Positions 11,767-24,244 of a stretch of DNA of 64,000 bases are shown piece by piece. The notes beneath the pieces were generated by a model. The model made no database searches. It was not told the DNA's origin and saw nothing but the letters and a program-made list of their open reading frames with translations. Within the stretch, counting starts at the first letter, position 1. Every line of letters begins with the position of its first letter. Position numbers and translations under genes: made by a program. The stretch is taken from the NCBI RefSeq assembly GCF_006345805.1, contig NW_021836128.1:160486-224485 (forward strand), given 5' to 3'. The DNA comes from Octopus sinensis (lineage: Eukaryota).

Positions 11767-13648
11767 CAGTGCGACCTCGAATTGGGGAAAACCAAGTAGC
11801 GGGGAAACCCTCTTTTTTGGGGAAGGAAACCTTGCTTTTGGGGAAATATTTTTGCCATCCCTATAAAATACGATGATTTTTAATGAAATAAACCCCCTAC
11901 CGGGGAAAAATTTTATATTATCATAAACGATTAATTAATATATTTGTATAATTTTTGATTTATTATTATTTATTTATTGTAACCTGTTTTTCCAAATTTG
12001 TAATCAATAATTTTAAAATTTATTTAACCTGGTAACTTAGTTAGTTAGCTAATTAACCTGATAAAAATTGAAATTATCAATTTTTAAAGTTATTTTATAA
12101 ATTTTAGAAAGCCAATGCCTAGAAAACTAAATCAAAGTGAAAAGATCAGAATTTGCAAGGATATACAGTCGGGTCATAAGGACAAAATGATTTGTGAAAG
12201 ATTTAACATCTCTAAAGGAATGCTATACCGACTAAAAAAGAAAAGGGAAGGAATCTTAGCTCAAGGTTTCTCAACATCCGAAGGGACAATTGGATACGAT
12301 TTGAATGCCCAAGTTTACGAGATTTTTCGTAATCTCAGGTCGAAAGGTTTCCCAATTAATGGGCCAACCTTAAAGCTTATTGCACGTAAAATTGCGTATA
12401 GAAATTCAAATCATGATTTCACTGCTTCTAATGGATGGCTTTACAGATTTAAGAAACAATTCGAAATAAAATTCAGAATATTACATGGCGAATCACGATC
12501 AGCTGATAAAGAAGGTGCGGAAAACTTCCGATCAACTTTCAATGATTTGCTTGAAAACTATGGGGGAGAAAACATTTTCAACTGTGATGAAACTGCATTA
12601 TTTTATAAAGCTGTTTCCAAAAAGAGTTTTGTTGAAAAAAATGAGTCACACAGCGGACATAAAATAAGAAAAGAACGTATGACACTTCTTTTGTGTTGCA
12701 GTTTCACAGAGAAAAATATAAACCGCTTATAATTGGGCGTACGAAGTCACCAAGAGTATTAAAAGGTGTGAATCTGAGAGAAATTGGCATTGAATATGAT
12801 GCTTCGTGCAAAGCCTGGATGACAAAAAATATTTTTGAAAATTGGTTATCTCGATTTAACGAGGAAATGAGAGAGAAAAGAAGGAAAATAGCATTGTTAA
12901 TTGATAATGCAACTTGTCATGCTGTTTCTCTCAAACTTTCAAACGTCGACGTAATATTTTTTCCAAAAAATACAAGTTCCTTAATTCAGCCATGTGACCA
13001 AGGGATAATAAAGGCATTTAAGAATCATTTTAATAACTGGATTATGAAAACAATTATCTATGATAAAAATCCTGCAGGGCAAATAGATGAAGCAATAAAG
13101 GGAATTACAATATTGGATGCTATTTCATGTTCGAAATTGGCATGGGACGAGATTACAGACACTTCAATACAACATTGCTTTGAAAAAGCTTTGGAATATG
13201 ACTGTCGGGGAAAAAGAGGACATCGAAAGAAAGTCTGATTAATTCCGATATTGTGGAAAATGCGATTTTGGAGAGTTTCTGGGATGATAACAGTAGTGAT
13301 GAAGAGGACTGCAGCGAACAATTTATGGAACATTTGGATGATCAACAAGTTATAAACAATACGGAATGCGCATTCACAATGCTGCTAAATGTTATTAAGC
13401 AAGAGACTCCGGAAAATGTACTTGATCTATTCAGATTCAAAGCAAATATTATGAGTTCGATGCGAAAAAAACAAAATACTCGATTAAAATTAACTGATTT
13501 TTTATTAAAAAATAAAAATTGTAGTTACCCGTCTCGGTTATATTATTAAGAGAGATATCGAACAGGCGAGACCTAAATTTAATGAAAAACCTTTTTTTGG
13601 GGAAAACCTCAAAATTGGGGAAAAATTTCCCAATTCGAGGTCGCACTG
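11767..13648 (+). mobile_element. pogo/Tigger-like DNA transposon, near intact (1882 bp)
   Basis: 20-bp perfect TIR CAGTGCGACCTCGAATTGGG at 11767 and reverse complement ending 13648; TA on both sides; transposase 12115-13549 (HTH, FTASNGWLYRF, NCDETALF, LIDNATCH, QPCDQGII) broken by two small indels near 12710 and 13235. Confidence 0.95.
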
Positions 13649-13919
13649 TAACTTGGTTTGGTACATTGACGTTTTTTTTGGTACACCAAAAAAATTTGAG
13701 AATCACTCCTATAAAATTTAGTAATGTCGGTGAAAATAAAATTAAAAGATTTCAATCGTTAATTGTTATTGGATAAAATTTATATTCATAGTTTGGTGAA
13801 TACTATCAAAATAAAATTTATGATTATTTTTCAATAAATAATAATTTCGCATCAATTAGTAGCAATTAAATTATCTCTAATCGATGAACATTTTGAGAGA
13901 TTTTATTAGAAAAAAGCAC

Positions 13920-14075
13920 GTTATATTAAGTCCCAGCGGCAAGGACGCAGTGTGCGTTGCCCCGAACAATGGCCAGGCCGATGCGCTGCCGGAACCAGAG
14001 GCCCTCTTTCGTGTCCTTGAGCCTCCTCCCGATGGACTGCCCGACCTCGTTGAGGAATTTCATGGGCCCGCTTTT
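13920..14075 (-). mobile_element. CRE-clade non-LTR retrotransposon, 3' remnant
   Basis: Minus-strand translation GPMKFLNEVGQSIGRRLKDTKEGLWFRQRIGLAIVRGNAHCVLAAGT*. Confidence 0.75.
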
Positions 14076-14229
14076 ATCATCAAAAAATAGGAGGAAAATC
14101 AAAAAGACTTAATAGTGCATTCCGTGTTTAATTTTTCCTGTTTTTACCTTAGTCTCGATGTTAAAAAAATTAAAAAAATTAAAAAAATCATCAATTATCA
14201 TTTTCATTATTTTGTGACAGGTTGTATTT

Positions 14230-15016
14230 TATATGCTGCCCGATAACGTCAATTGAATCTAATCAATGCCTAAAATGTGCATCAACTTTCAATCCTGTTG
14301 TTGGACTGAATTATGAGATTTGCCTTGGATTCGGTCTATCAATTTAACAAACACTCTAACAGGGGCGCAGAACCGATCAAAGTTGGGTTGACAAACCGCT
14401 CATAGACCTTTAAATTCCATCAATGTCCCTCCCACGTGACTGCATATCTCTCCGAACTGTCGAAATTATATACGAACATTAACTTCTACGAATAAGCCTA
14501 GTTTCTGCATCACATTTGAGGAATAATTTAAGATCGCACATTTCACTGATTGTTTTGTTATGAAATGTCAGGATTCCTTCGATGATGATCACCCTCGACG
14601 GCGGGATTCCTTGACTTTGTCCTTGACTCTAACACAGTCGAATTCTAGCACCAACCTACTGTGTGTCTTGTAGTCGTACACTGGGATTTCGACGGGCTTA
14701 AACTGCATCACATCATTTAGTTTCTCGATGGCCAAATCCATGTCAAATGCTTCTATTTGTAAGTGGGACAAAGTGACCTGGATTGTCAAAGTCGTAGTCA
14801 CCGTTGTACGCTGCGGTTAATTCCTCGGGGTTGAGTTCCTTGTAGAAGCTGTCGAGAGTGAATATTTGGATGTCGTTCAAGTTATATTGAGAAACAATTT
14901 TTTCTGTTAATAAGTTGCAGAAGTATGTCTGTTGGTTGGAAATATGTTAACTGTACTTTTCCAGAGGCACTACCTCCTGCCACACCGATTATGAATGGCC
15001 GCAAAACAGTCCTCAT
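14230..15016 (-). CDS. UCK: Uridine-cytidine kinase; at least five 25-27 nt introns and a few frameshifts
   Basis: MRTVLRPFIIGVAGGSASGK|TYFC...DSFYKEL...DFDNP|EAFD...PVYDYKTHSR|...IIIEGIL...DAETRLIRR|VRRDMQSRGRDIDGI. Confidence 0.9.
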
Positions 15017-15084
15017 GTTGCTGTATTTAACAAATGAGTTAATTCTTTTATTTCTATTTTAGGTTAGCCAATAAATAATTAAAA

Positions 15085-15900
15085 ATTAATTAAACCATTA
15101 TCAATGACAGGTACTGTAAATTTGTAATCAATTTACAGACTTTATCTTAAATCTAGTGATCCCAAGTTAGTCATATCCCTCGATAATGAAACCGAAATGG
15201 AGCTTGTGGCGAATTCATTACATGAGTTTTCACACGGAGGAGTAAATAAAATTGAACATGAATGTCGACAAAGATATTTCACTGTCAAGAATGACATTAT
15301 CAGAAAAGTCATTCGAAATTGTGAAGTTTGCAAATTTTCGCGTCCTTTAAAAGTTTAAGATTTTTTTTAATTGTAGATTGGAGATATAAATCACCATGTG
15401 TTTGCTTCTTGTCTAATGAACGTTTTCAAATAGACATAATAGATCTGAAAAGATTTTCAACACTAAACGAAAATTTCAAATGGATTTTAACGGTCATTGA
15501 CATTTATAGTAGGTTGGTTTCTTGAAATTTTTTTTATAGATTTGCATTTGCACGACCACTTTATAATAAGTCTGGTAAAGAAGTGTGTCAAAACTTGAGA
15601 TCTTTGTTTCGCCTAAATGGACCATGCAAATTTCTTCAATCAGACAATGGGTCTGAATTCAAAAAACAAGAAATAACACAACTACGCGTTGATTTAACAT
15701 CAAACAAATCCACAGAAGGCCCAATAATCCTCGGGTCAAGGAATTGTCGAAAGATTCAATCAAACGATAACCAGGAAGTGTCAAAAATGACGGACAACAG
15801 TGAAAAAAAGTGGTTGATAATTGGAAAATGCTGTGTACAGTTATAACATATCTGTCCATTCATTTTCTAACGAATTCCTTTCGAAAGATATCGAGGAATA
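15085..15900 (+). mobile_element. Ginger/KRBA2-like retroviral-type integrase (HHCC plus DDE core) with three micro-introns; 3' part frameshifted
   Basis: LHEFSHGG...CEVC; FQIDIIDL; WILTVIDIYSR|FAFARPL; LQSDNGSEF; RPNNPR.QGIVERFNQTI. Introns 15111-15138, 15353-15376, 15513-15539. No RT/RNase H or LTRs nearby. Confidence 0.8.
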
Positions 15901-16009
15901 AAGGGAATAAATTCAATAATCCATGGTTATACATAAATTTCTAATTATTAATTTATTTAAAACACAAAAAAGAAAATTAAAAATTAAAAATTAATTGATA
16001 TTTCTCTCT

Positions 16010-17800
16010 TCTCTTAGGGGAACTACTCCGTTGACCGGTCATGTCTTGACACCTCTCCTCTTCGTATTGCAGTAAAGAAAGCAGACTCCTCTGGCAAGTC
16101 AACTGACACTCCCAGTTCTTCTCCTCTAGCGATAAGACTATCCGTTTCCTCTCAATTGGTAGTTGTCGACCTTCATGCCATGTTTGTATTCAACGACCAT
16201 GCTCTCCAGGGTTTTCTTGATTGTCACTGATTGAATGTACGCCTTAGTGGGACCTCTATATTCAACTTTTTCATGTAGGACTTATAGAACTTGGCACTAC
16301 CCCATCCCATGTCAATACGACAGGGACTATCGTGACTTTTGCCTTGTGAATCTGTGCCAATTCTCCAGCAAGTAGATATACTTGTGGAGTTTCTCTACTT
16401 CGACTTGCTCTTAACCTTCCTGGGATGTGACCCGACTTCGATTATCGTTATCTCATTTTCATTTTATCAAGGCACGAAAATGTCTGGCTTGTTGTTTTTA
16501 ACTTCAATGTCGGTCCTGCAACGTCATGTCTACTCGATTTCAACACGACTATTTCCACGACCGACTGGACTGAGTGTTGCTTTCAATTCCTTGCATTTCT
16601 TTATCCGTACTGACGACAGACGTGTAGATGTATGCATCTGACAATTTCATTGTGTCTTCGCATGTATGACCCGTGAAGCATTCTGCTACATCGAGTAGCT
16701 AGGTGATCCACGGTTTTTTGCCGAGCCGCAAGGGTTACAATTAGGCTTTGCCTCTCCGAAAAACAAAATTGCGATCCTGGGCCAAGCATATAGTGCCTCG
16801 GCCTTGGGCCATTGTTCCATTGGCTAGCCATACATTGGACTCCACGATATCAGCACTCGGTTCCTGAATGCATTTAAACAGCGTTGAATGTATCATCTTC
16901 GATTAATGGTGTTGGCCTCAACTCACTCGGTTCAATGTCGATCAATCCGATATAGTAGTTGTAGAGAGAGAGTGCATATTCGTTTATCGCTTTAAAGAGG
17001 TTTACTGCACTTAACTTTGTTTTTGCAAGACTCTCGATTCTCTCTTTCACGTTTCGAGCAATTGTTTTCATTACCTCGATTTCTTGACATCACTTCCTCT
17101 ATCCTCCAAGACTCCCAGGTATCGATACCCAGCACACCCATTCAGACATTTTGTATCTTTCACATAGTCCAGTTAGTCGCAGACTTTTCCGAGTTCCTCT
17201 TGAGGCCAACGGCATCAAAATTTCATCGACATCTTCCATCATTTTAGAACGGTGTCTTCTTTCTCAGCGCAATTATTTTCAGGTCGTCAATAAACACAAA
17301 TGGTTTGTTGAATATGAAACCGTGAACGGTCATTTTGACCTATACGCACCTTCGGGAACTTCATATTCAAGCTCCTACTTAACGGATCCATTACCAGAGT
17401 GAGAGTTTGTGGAGAGAGTGAGTCTCCTTGTAAGATTCCTCTTTCCATTTTACAGTTCCAATTCTCTTTTGTTAAGTGTCAAAATGACATTCCAATTTTT
17501 GATTAAAGTTTTCACAAAAATTTGTGATCCAATTCGGAATTCCAGACTGATCAAGCACTTGACATAAGAATTCATGATTGACAGAATCAAATGCCTTTCT
17601 GACATCGATCCACGTTGCAAATAAGTTATTTCCATACTCACTATTGACACACTGGTTTATTAGTGCTTGTTCCTTTGCGCCTTGGCATTGCCCTTCTAGC
17701 TCCCAGCTGATTATCCGAGATAATGTTAAACGCTTCGATATAGTCTGGTTATACATATCTTATGTCTTAGATAATTTAAGTGATGAGTGTGGTGACTATG
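16010..17800 (-). mobile_element. R4/Dong-like non-LTR retrotransposon (RT, CCHC, RLE), 5'-truncated and decayed
   Basis: GAKEQALIN, TWIDVRKAFDSVNH, GILQGDSLSP, FIDDLK, NLFKAINEYA, TVDHLATRC...RRHNEIVRCIH, AYIQSVTIKKTLE; many frameshifts. Confidence 0.85.
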
Positions 17801-18299
17801 GAAGAAATGGATGATTTGGTTAATTGTTCGATTCCAGAATCTATTGAAAATTTTCGTAATTTGATTTAAAATATATATTTAGATTATTCCCAGTCAGACA
17901 ATTTGTTGCCAACTGCGAAGAGAGGTGTTATTTTTGTCAGAAGAGATTCATCATTTTATTTCTTTGATATAAGAAGCCCCTTATTCATATTCATTGTAAA
18001 TTCATACAAATAGAGACGAAAATTAATAAATCGAAAGTTTTTTTGTCACAACACCAAAATATGACTTCAGGAACTTTTTTTATAAAAATTCATGAATAGT
18101 AATTTGATTTCGTTTGGTATTCCGTTTTGGTGCTGTACTTGTCCCGATACTTCTCTAGGAGCGAGGTCACTATGTATTCAGCACAAATGCCCCAAAACTC
18201 CTTACCCTCACCTCCTTTTCGTCTCACGTCTGATGTCGGCTTACTAAAAAAATTAAATATTTTTTAAATAATATTTTATCAGCACTATCAAATAATTGT

Positions 18300-18565
18300 A
18301 ACTATTGCTTAAATTGATGAATTTTGCGAGATTACAGACTAAATTACTAGTGAACCGATTAAAGAAAAAACAGAGAACGATCAGATCCCGGTCAAAAATA
18401 GCTTGCGCGTTTCCGCGCATGATTGTAACAGAGATCCTCTGTCTTAGCCGAGAAGATTCGCTTGCATTCATGTTTCTCCGCGCGATAAGGAGGCAGACGT
18501 GTTTTAAGAACTTGATGTTTGCGGGACGAAGGCTGGGGAGGTCTCGAATGCAAAAGGGACAATTA
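18300..18565 (-). mobile_element. CRE-clade non-LTR retrotransposon, 3' remnant
   Basis: FVPFAFET / KFLKHVCLLIARRNMNASESSRLRQRISVTIMRGNAQAIF. Confidence 0.7.
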
Positions 18566-19254
18566 CTAGTTGGATTTGGATTGTTAAAATAGTTATTTAA
18601 AGAACAAATGAATAAAACAATTATTTTTAAAGTGTTATTTTGTATTCGTGTGCTTAGTAACTGCCTTTGCACCTTCTGTAAAAGCATAAATTCACATAAT
18701 TATTATTATCAATTTAAATTATTTTAACTATGAGTCATTGAATATTATTGTTAACATTGAATACTCATTATTTCCATATCCTTATTAACATAATGTTCAT
18801 TTTTACATTTTTTATTAACTATTGAAATTTAAAAGCATGCCATTATTAGTTGAAATTGAATAAAATTATTGTTAGAACAAATTAAATAGCATTCTTTGAC
18901 CCACAAATGGCTCTGTAAATTTGCTGAATTATAACAGCCATTAATTAAGCAAAAAATTTAAACCCACTTCGTAGTTGTCAAGATGCCAAAAACTACAATA
19001 ATGGAATGATTGGCCAACATCGATAGCAATTCGAAATTCCTAGCCACTGAAATAGTCATTAATTGCTGATCAATTCTAAATTCCTTGATAGAAAACATAT
19101 CGGAGTGAATGATTCAGGTATTCAAAATATAATTTACGCATTGAATTATTTTGTTTTATTTAATTACGAAATTGGCGCCATTTAGCATTTTTATTTTTAT
19201 CGTTTAAATATAAATACTTTATCACGGTAAAAGCCATTAAAATAATCTTTGGAA

Positions 19255-20790
19255 TGTTATCTCATCCTCACCTACAGTTTGAATATAAATTAGTAAAAAA
19301 GAACAAAATCCACAAAGTAAGACAAGACCAACTCGGGATATCTTCTAACCCATCAAAGGTATTTATTTCAGCATTAAATGGTAAAATCAAAATCAGAATT
19401 TTTCAATATGCTAAATGACATTTACAAAACTTCCCTTATCGATTAAGGAATCCTCTAAAGATTCAATATGCTAAATCTATTGGGGAAGGCAGACAAACTC
19501 TACAAATGGAATGTGTAATGGAGGAGGAAGATTAGAGACAGCCGACTTGAATATTGGGCAGTTCAGTGGGATTAGATGAATATAATTTAGAAAGATATGA
19601 AGTAAAATGTGATTAATTTATCAGATGTTAAAATCAATGACTTGTCATTATATTGTGAGTGATTATCTGGGGAGGGGTACGTGGGCAAGTAGTAGTAGCC
19701 TGGCAATATGAAACTAATCGTCGAGTTGCAATCAAAGTTTTGAAGAAAAATCCGATTCATAAACGTCAAGGAATATCGAGGTTCGTCATAAATAATATTA
19801 TAGATATCCTTGCTTAAATGTATCAACAATGCTGTGTCGGATTCGAGGCAAGACCACATAATTCTATTCTCGACCATTTTGAACACGCAGGCCACGTTTT
19901 TATTGTGTTTGAACTGCTTTCAATCAATTTGTATGATTTCATGAGAAATAATACATTTTTCTCCAATTCCTATTTACGGCATGCGGGCAATACCTTTCAA
20001 GTAAGTAATTCAATATCTGACAAATCAAGGTTCTTAAGGCATTAATAAGCTTTCATACCTCGGGATTATCCACACTGATTTAAAGCCGGAGAATATCATG
20101 CTGGTTAACCACCAAGAATATCCATTCCACATTAAAGTTATTGACTTTGGCTCTGCGGTATATTGTAATCGAATAAGCGACTCCTTTTACTTACAATCGG
20201 ATATTACCGGTCATTCTGAGTGATTATGATGTAGGGCACCCGAGGTTATTTGGGTTGTGAGTATGGATGTCCCATCGATGTGTGGTCTCTCGGCTGTATT
20301 ATGGCAGAATTGGTCACTGGTTGGTCTATATTCCCCGGAGCCAACCAGTATGAGCAGATTCGTTATATATGTTCTGCATTGGGTATTCCCAACGACGCAG
20401 TGCTCATGTCTGGGAAGAAGGTGCCTCTGTTTTTGAGAAAACGACTTACTGGAAGCTCAAGGTATAAATATGGCTATTTCAATCTTCAGAATGCTTCTAA
20501 ATTACTGAGGCTACCGGAAAAACGGTCAAAAATCCGTCGCGATATTCCGTGAAAGATTTGAACAACATTGCCATAAAAGTGGACTTTAATGCTCATATTT
20601 AGATTCTAAAATCGTCCCAAAGTGTTCCAAATTTGGATTCATATCAAATCTATCAGCAGGATGTTAATAATTTCATGTTTTCGCTGAGGAAAATCCTCGC
20701 AGTGGACCCGAATGAGCGAGTAGCTGCTTGTGATGCAGTGAATCTACCATTTTGGAACTTTACTCCCTATTTGCCTCAGGATTCCAATTG
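19255..20790 (+). pseudogene. HIPK: Homeodomain-interacting protein kinase-like (DYRK/HIPK) kinase domain with at least five small deletions
   Basis: YLGRGT.GQVV, RVAIKVLK, FELLSINLYDF, IIHTDLKPENIML, IKVIDFGSA, LQS.YYR|APEV, IDVWSLGCIMAEL, FPGANQYEQIRYI; introns of 23 nt (19781-19803) and 25 nt. Confidence 0.85.
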
Positions 20791-21089
20791 GTATTCATAT
20801 TTGTGAGTGGATAGGGTGGCCTATAATGTTCGAATAATGTACTCCTCCTATTCCTGGAAATATTTTCATGTCCCTCTACACTTTTATTTACTCCCCACTC
20901 AGTCTTCAAAAAGGAGTGTACCCTTTCCTTTCAGTTTTATTGGTCGTTATTAATCTTATCAGATCGTCAAATGAGCCTCAGTAGATGTTTTCCGGCTGTG
21001 AGGTAGTTTGGTGTGTGTATTGGGTGTAGTGGAGGTGCTAAAAAAATGTATTATCATTCAAATTTTAAAGATTTGAATTTAAAGTTTGG

Positions 21090-22160
21090 TTTGTTTCTTT
21101 CATATTTAAGCGCTTCATCTTTGCTCCGACACCTTTGATTTTTTGTATTTTTTGAAATTTTCTTAAAAAATGTTTGATGTTGAAATATATTTTTAATGAG
21201 GAAATTGTAATTTTTTGAGTTGGGACCACTATAATGTGATACCCAGATAAAGCACGTTAATTAATTTACTCGGTCGATTAATTTAATAATAATTCGATGC
21301 CTATTAACTCGGATTAATTAGGGAACCCCGATTAACATTTTTATGTAATGATCATAACGTGTTTTATTAATATAATTCACATGATTTATCTCTATGCCAA
21401 TTCTCTCCCTAAAACTCAGTTTCTCCTAACTTGATGATTGTCCTGAGTCAATCTTCTCTCCCTTTTCTCACAATGGAGGACAAATTACTCATTATTGAGT
21501 TTCTATGTGAGCATTGTGAGTATTATGTGGCTCATCGGCTGATTCCTGTTTATACCGAGTGTCGAGAATGTGGAAAGTTTGTTTCTTTTAGAATTTATGG
21601 CAGAGCTAACAATCTGATGAATTGTCACCAATGTTGTGCTGCATTCCACTCCGAATGTGTTTCCAGTTTGCCTGATTCTGGCCAAGTTTGGGTTTGTTCT
21701 GCCTACAGGAGTTTTATGGTATGAATTGAGTTCTCAGATGTAGATTGTGGGGGTTCATGATTTGGTTTTGAAAGAATCTTTACTGGGGAGGGATAGAAAT
21801 GAGAGGAAGTACTACTATATGGCCAGGAGAGTTGTGATGTAAGCACATTCTTTCATTTGTAGTCGTTCGAATTCCTCGGATGACGTGTATTATTCGACCA
21901 AACTACAACTTAAAAGACTAATTGAGTGTCTAAATGTCGAAATTGAGTGTGAGAGGAGTTTGGTTGATCTTCTGGGCAAAAATTCGGATATTTTTCGTGC
22001 TTTCTCCGTAACTGAGACCCTAACAGACGAGGGTTCAAACATGTCCAAAAAACTTAGTTATATTCAACACGAAAAAGGTATTTTTGTCGAAATTAATATT
22101 TCAGCTAATGATGCAAGCAGATCGGCTATTTCTATAAAAATAAATCCTAAAAATGTATGA
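21090..22160 (+). pseudogene. BPTF: BPTF/NURF301-like N-terminal fragment (WHIM1, PHD, WSD-like)
   Basis: LPFLTMEDKLLIIEFL...CRECGK...LMNCHQCCAAFHSECV...WVC...LLGRDRNERKYYYMARRVV follows the order of the BPTF N-terminal region; C-terminal PHD/bromo not seen. Confidence 0.5.
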
Positions 22161-22559
22161 TATATAATATATATTGTAGATATCTCTCTCGAATATAAAA
22201 GGGGATAAAAGTATGCGGTTATCTTATGATGTCTTAGCCAATGAGCTGCCGGGCGGGAAGGATGTGAACAATCTTCTACTCAGAAAGAGTGACGGCACCA
22301 GAGTGAACGTCAAAGTCCACAAAATTGTACTCCTACGAATGAATGTGCCTCATTCCAGTCCGACAGTGATCAAAGGTAAAGACAAATTAGTTCCTTCACC
22401 TCCCCCGTCGAATCCAGAGAGGAGTGATATTGGAGAGTTGTATGTTCTCGGTATTTAGTCCTGATACTAGTCATATATAGGGAGGGATTATCATGAGTAT
22501 ATAAATAAGTACTCGGAACTTGGAAATAAGAATTCGCATGTTGACAGAAAGGCACTCTT

Positions 22560-24190
22560 GTCTGACTTGTTCTCTGTCAACAACGAGCCGAAATGGAATC
22601 TTGATTTTTTTAGTAAACCGAACGAGTTGAATAATTTTTTGTGTGCGAAGTATATTTATCTATCTCAGTCGATCATAGAATGATTCAGTTGGAGAATTAT
22701 GTTCCTCCTTTCTTCATGAGTCGACTGTGGTCGATAAAGAAACAGAAATGGGTTAATAAAATCCACCGTTCTTCGAACTACCAACAGCTAAGAAGATGAC
22801 TTTCCATTCTGCAAGCCAACTTTAGGCCAATTGTGTATGTTGATGCTTGGAATGAATTTTTCGGTAAAATCTGACTTTGTTACTGGAATAGGCCTTTTGG
22901 AGACAGTTTACTTGTACTCGGAAACCCAAGACTGGTGATGAGACTACGTTGATAAATACTCAGAAATTAGTAAATACACCAAAGGATGATGTTGGATTTT
23001 GGAGAACTAATTTAGATTCGAGTTATGATTGGAGAGGAGTGTAGAAGAGGTGGTGGATGGTGTTGGATTGGTTGTTGTAAACATCTTCGATCACGTCCTT
23101 TTCATACAATCGGATTGTCGGTACTTTCTCGGAAGGTGGAGGAAATAAAGAACTGATCGAAGAACGGGGGTCTAATCCCAGGTGCGAATATTAGTGATGA
23201 AGACTACAATAATGTAAAGTGTTGTGAAGTCATGATAGCAAATGAAAATTGAGGTGTCTGTCTTGAATGAACTGGAGAGGTCGGATAAAAATTTGCAACG
23301 ACTGTATTCCCCGATTAGTGTGTCGAATGGGATAACAGAACATGGTATATATCCACATTCGTTTATCAATAACTCTATGTATGTATATCTTAATTGACTG
23401 TCGTAGTTTGAATGGTATTCTTGACATTCTTCTCAAAGTATTGGAATCCCTGCGACTCCGTATTGTCCGTCAGTTTGAAATGAATTCTAACGATTCTGTT
23501 CGTTCTGATTTTAGCACTCCTTCACCACTCAGTTTATATTTGTATAAAATATTCAGTCTCGGTTTTCGATTCAAATTTGAGTTTGTTTACTAATTTGCTT
23601 AATTCATATCGAGAAAGTGAAACTAATAACTACTTTGATGTCGGCAGTGATGGTTTTTATACTCTGGCTAGAAAGGTACATCATTTGTGAGATTGGAAAA
23701 ATAGATCTCTTCTCTTTGGTTTTCAGATACTGCAGATTCGTTTTCGTTAAAACTGTCCAATAAGGAGCCACTTTTATATCCATCAGATGACGTGGAGACA
23801 TTTACGACATTTACTAATAAACAGAGAATTTTTAATCTGCCTTCAAATTTACATCGAAGGTGATTGTCGTTTTTAGTGTTGGAAGACTTGGTCGTATGCA
23901 CTTCTGTGGCTGATCAGAGTATTTTGTGAATCGTTTGATTTTCGTTTTTACGATCTTCAGTTATAATCAAAGAAAGGCCACTTAGCCACTCCCTCCTCTG
24001 ACATTCAAGACAACGGAAGGTATGTCCACTAGTATTATTTTAGGGATTTTGGACGTTCCCCGCGACACGGAGAAAACAGGGTGTAATTTAATGGATAACT
24101 CGAGTGGACCGACGGTGTCTGGTTTGTCTATTTTGTGAGCCTGTAGATTCCTCGTCGTCAGAGCCACAAAAGATAAAAGTATTTAAAGGA
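22560..24190 (-). CDS. Uncharacterised multi-exon gene with two PH-like segments; interrupted reading frame
   Basis: HTFRCLECQRREWLSGLSLII; FEGRLKIL...YWTVLTKTNLQYLK...LKFESKTETEYFIQI; family not recognised. Confidence 0.3.
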
Positions 24191-24244
24191 CAGGATGGGG
24201 TTATTTACGTTCGAGGTTTGAAGGCAGGACAGAGGTTGGTGCAG

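Noticed and set aside
20999-21021. let-7-like sequence TGAGGTAGTTTGGTGTGTGTATT
   Set aside because: Only the first 9 nt match and no complementary 3' arm forms a precursor hairpin
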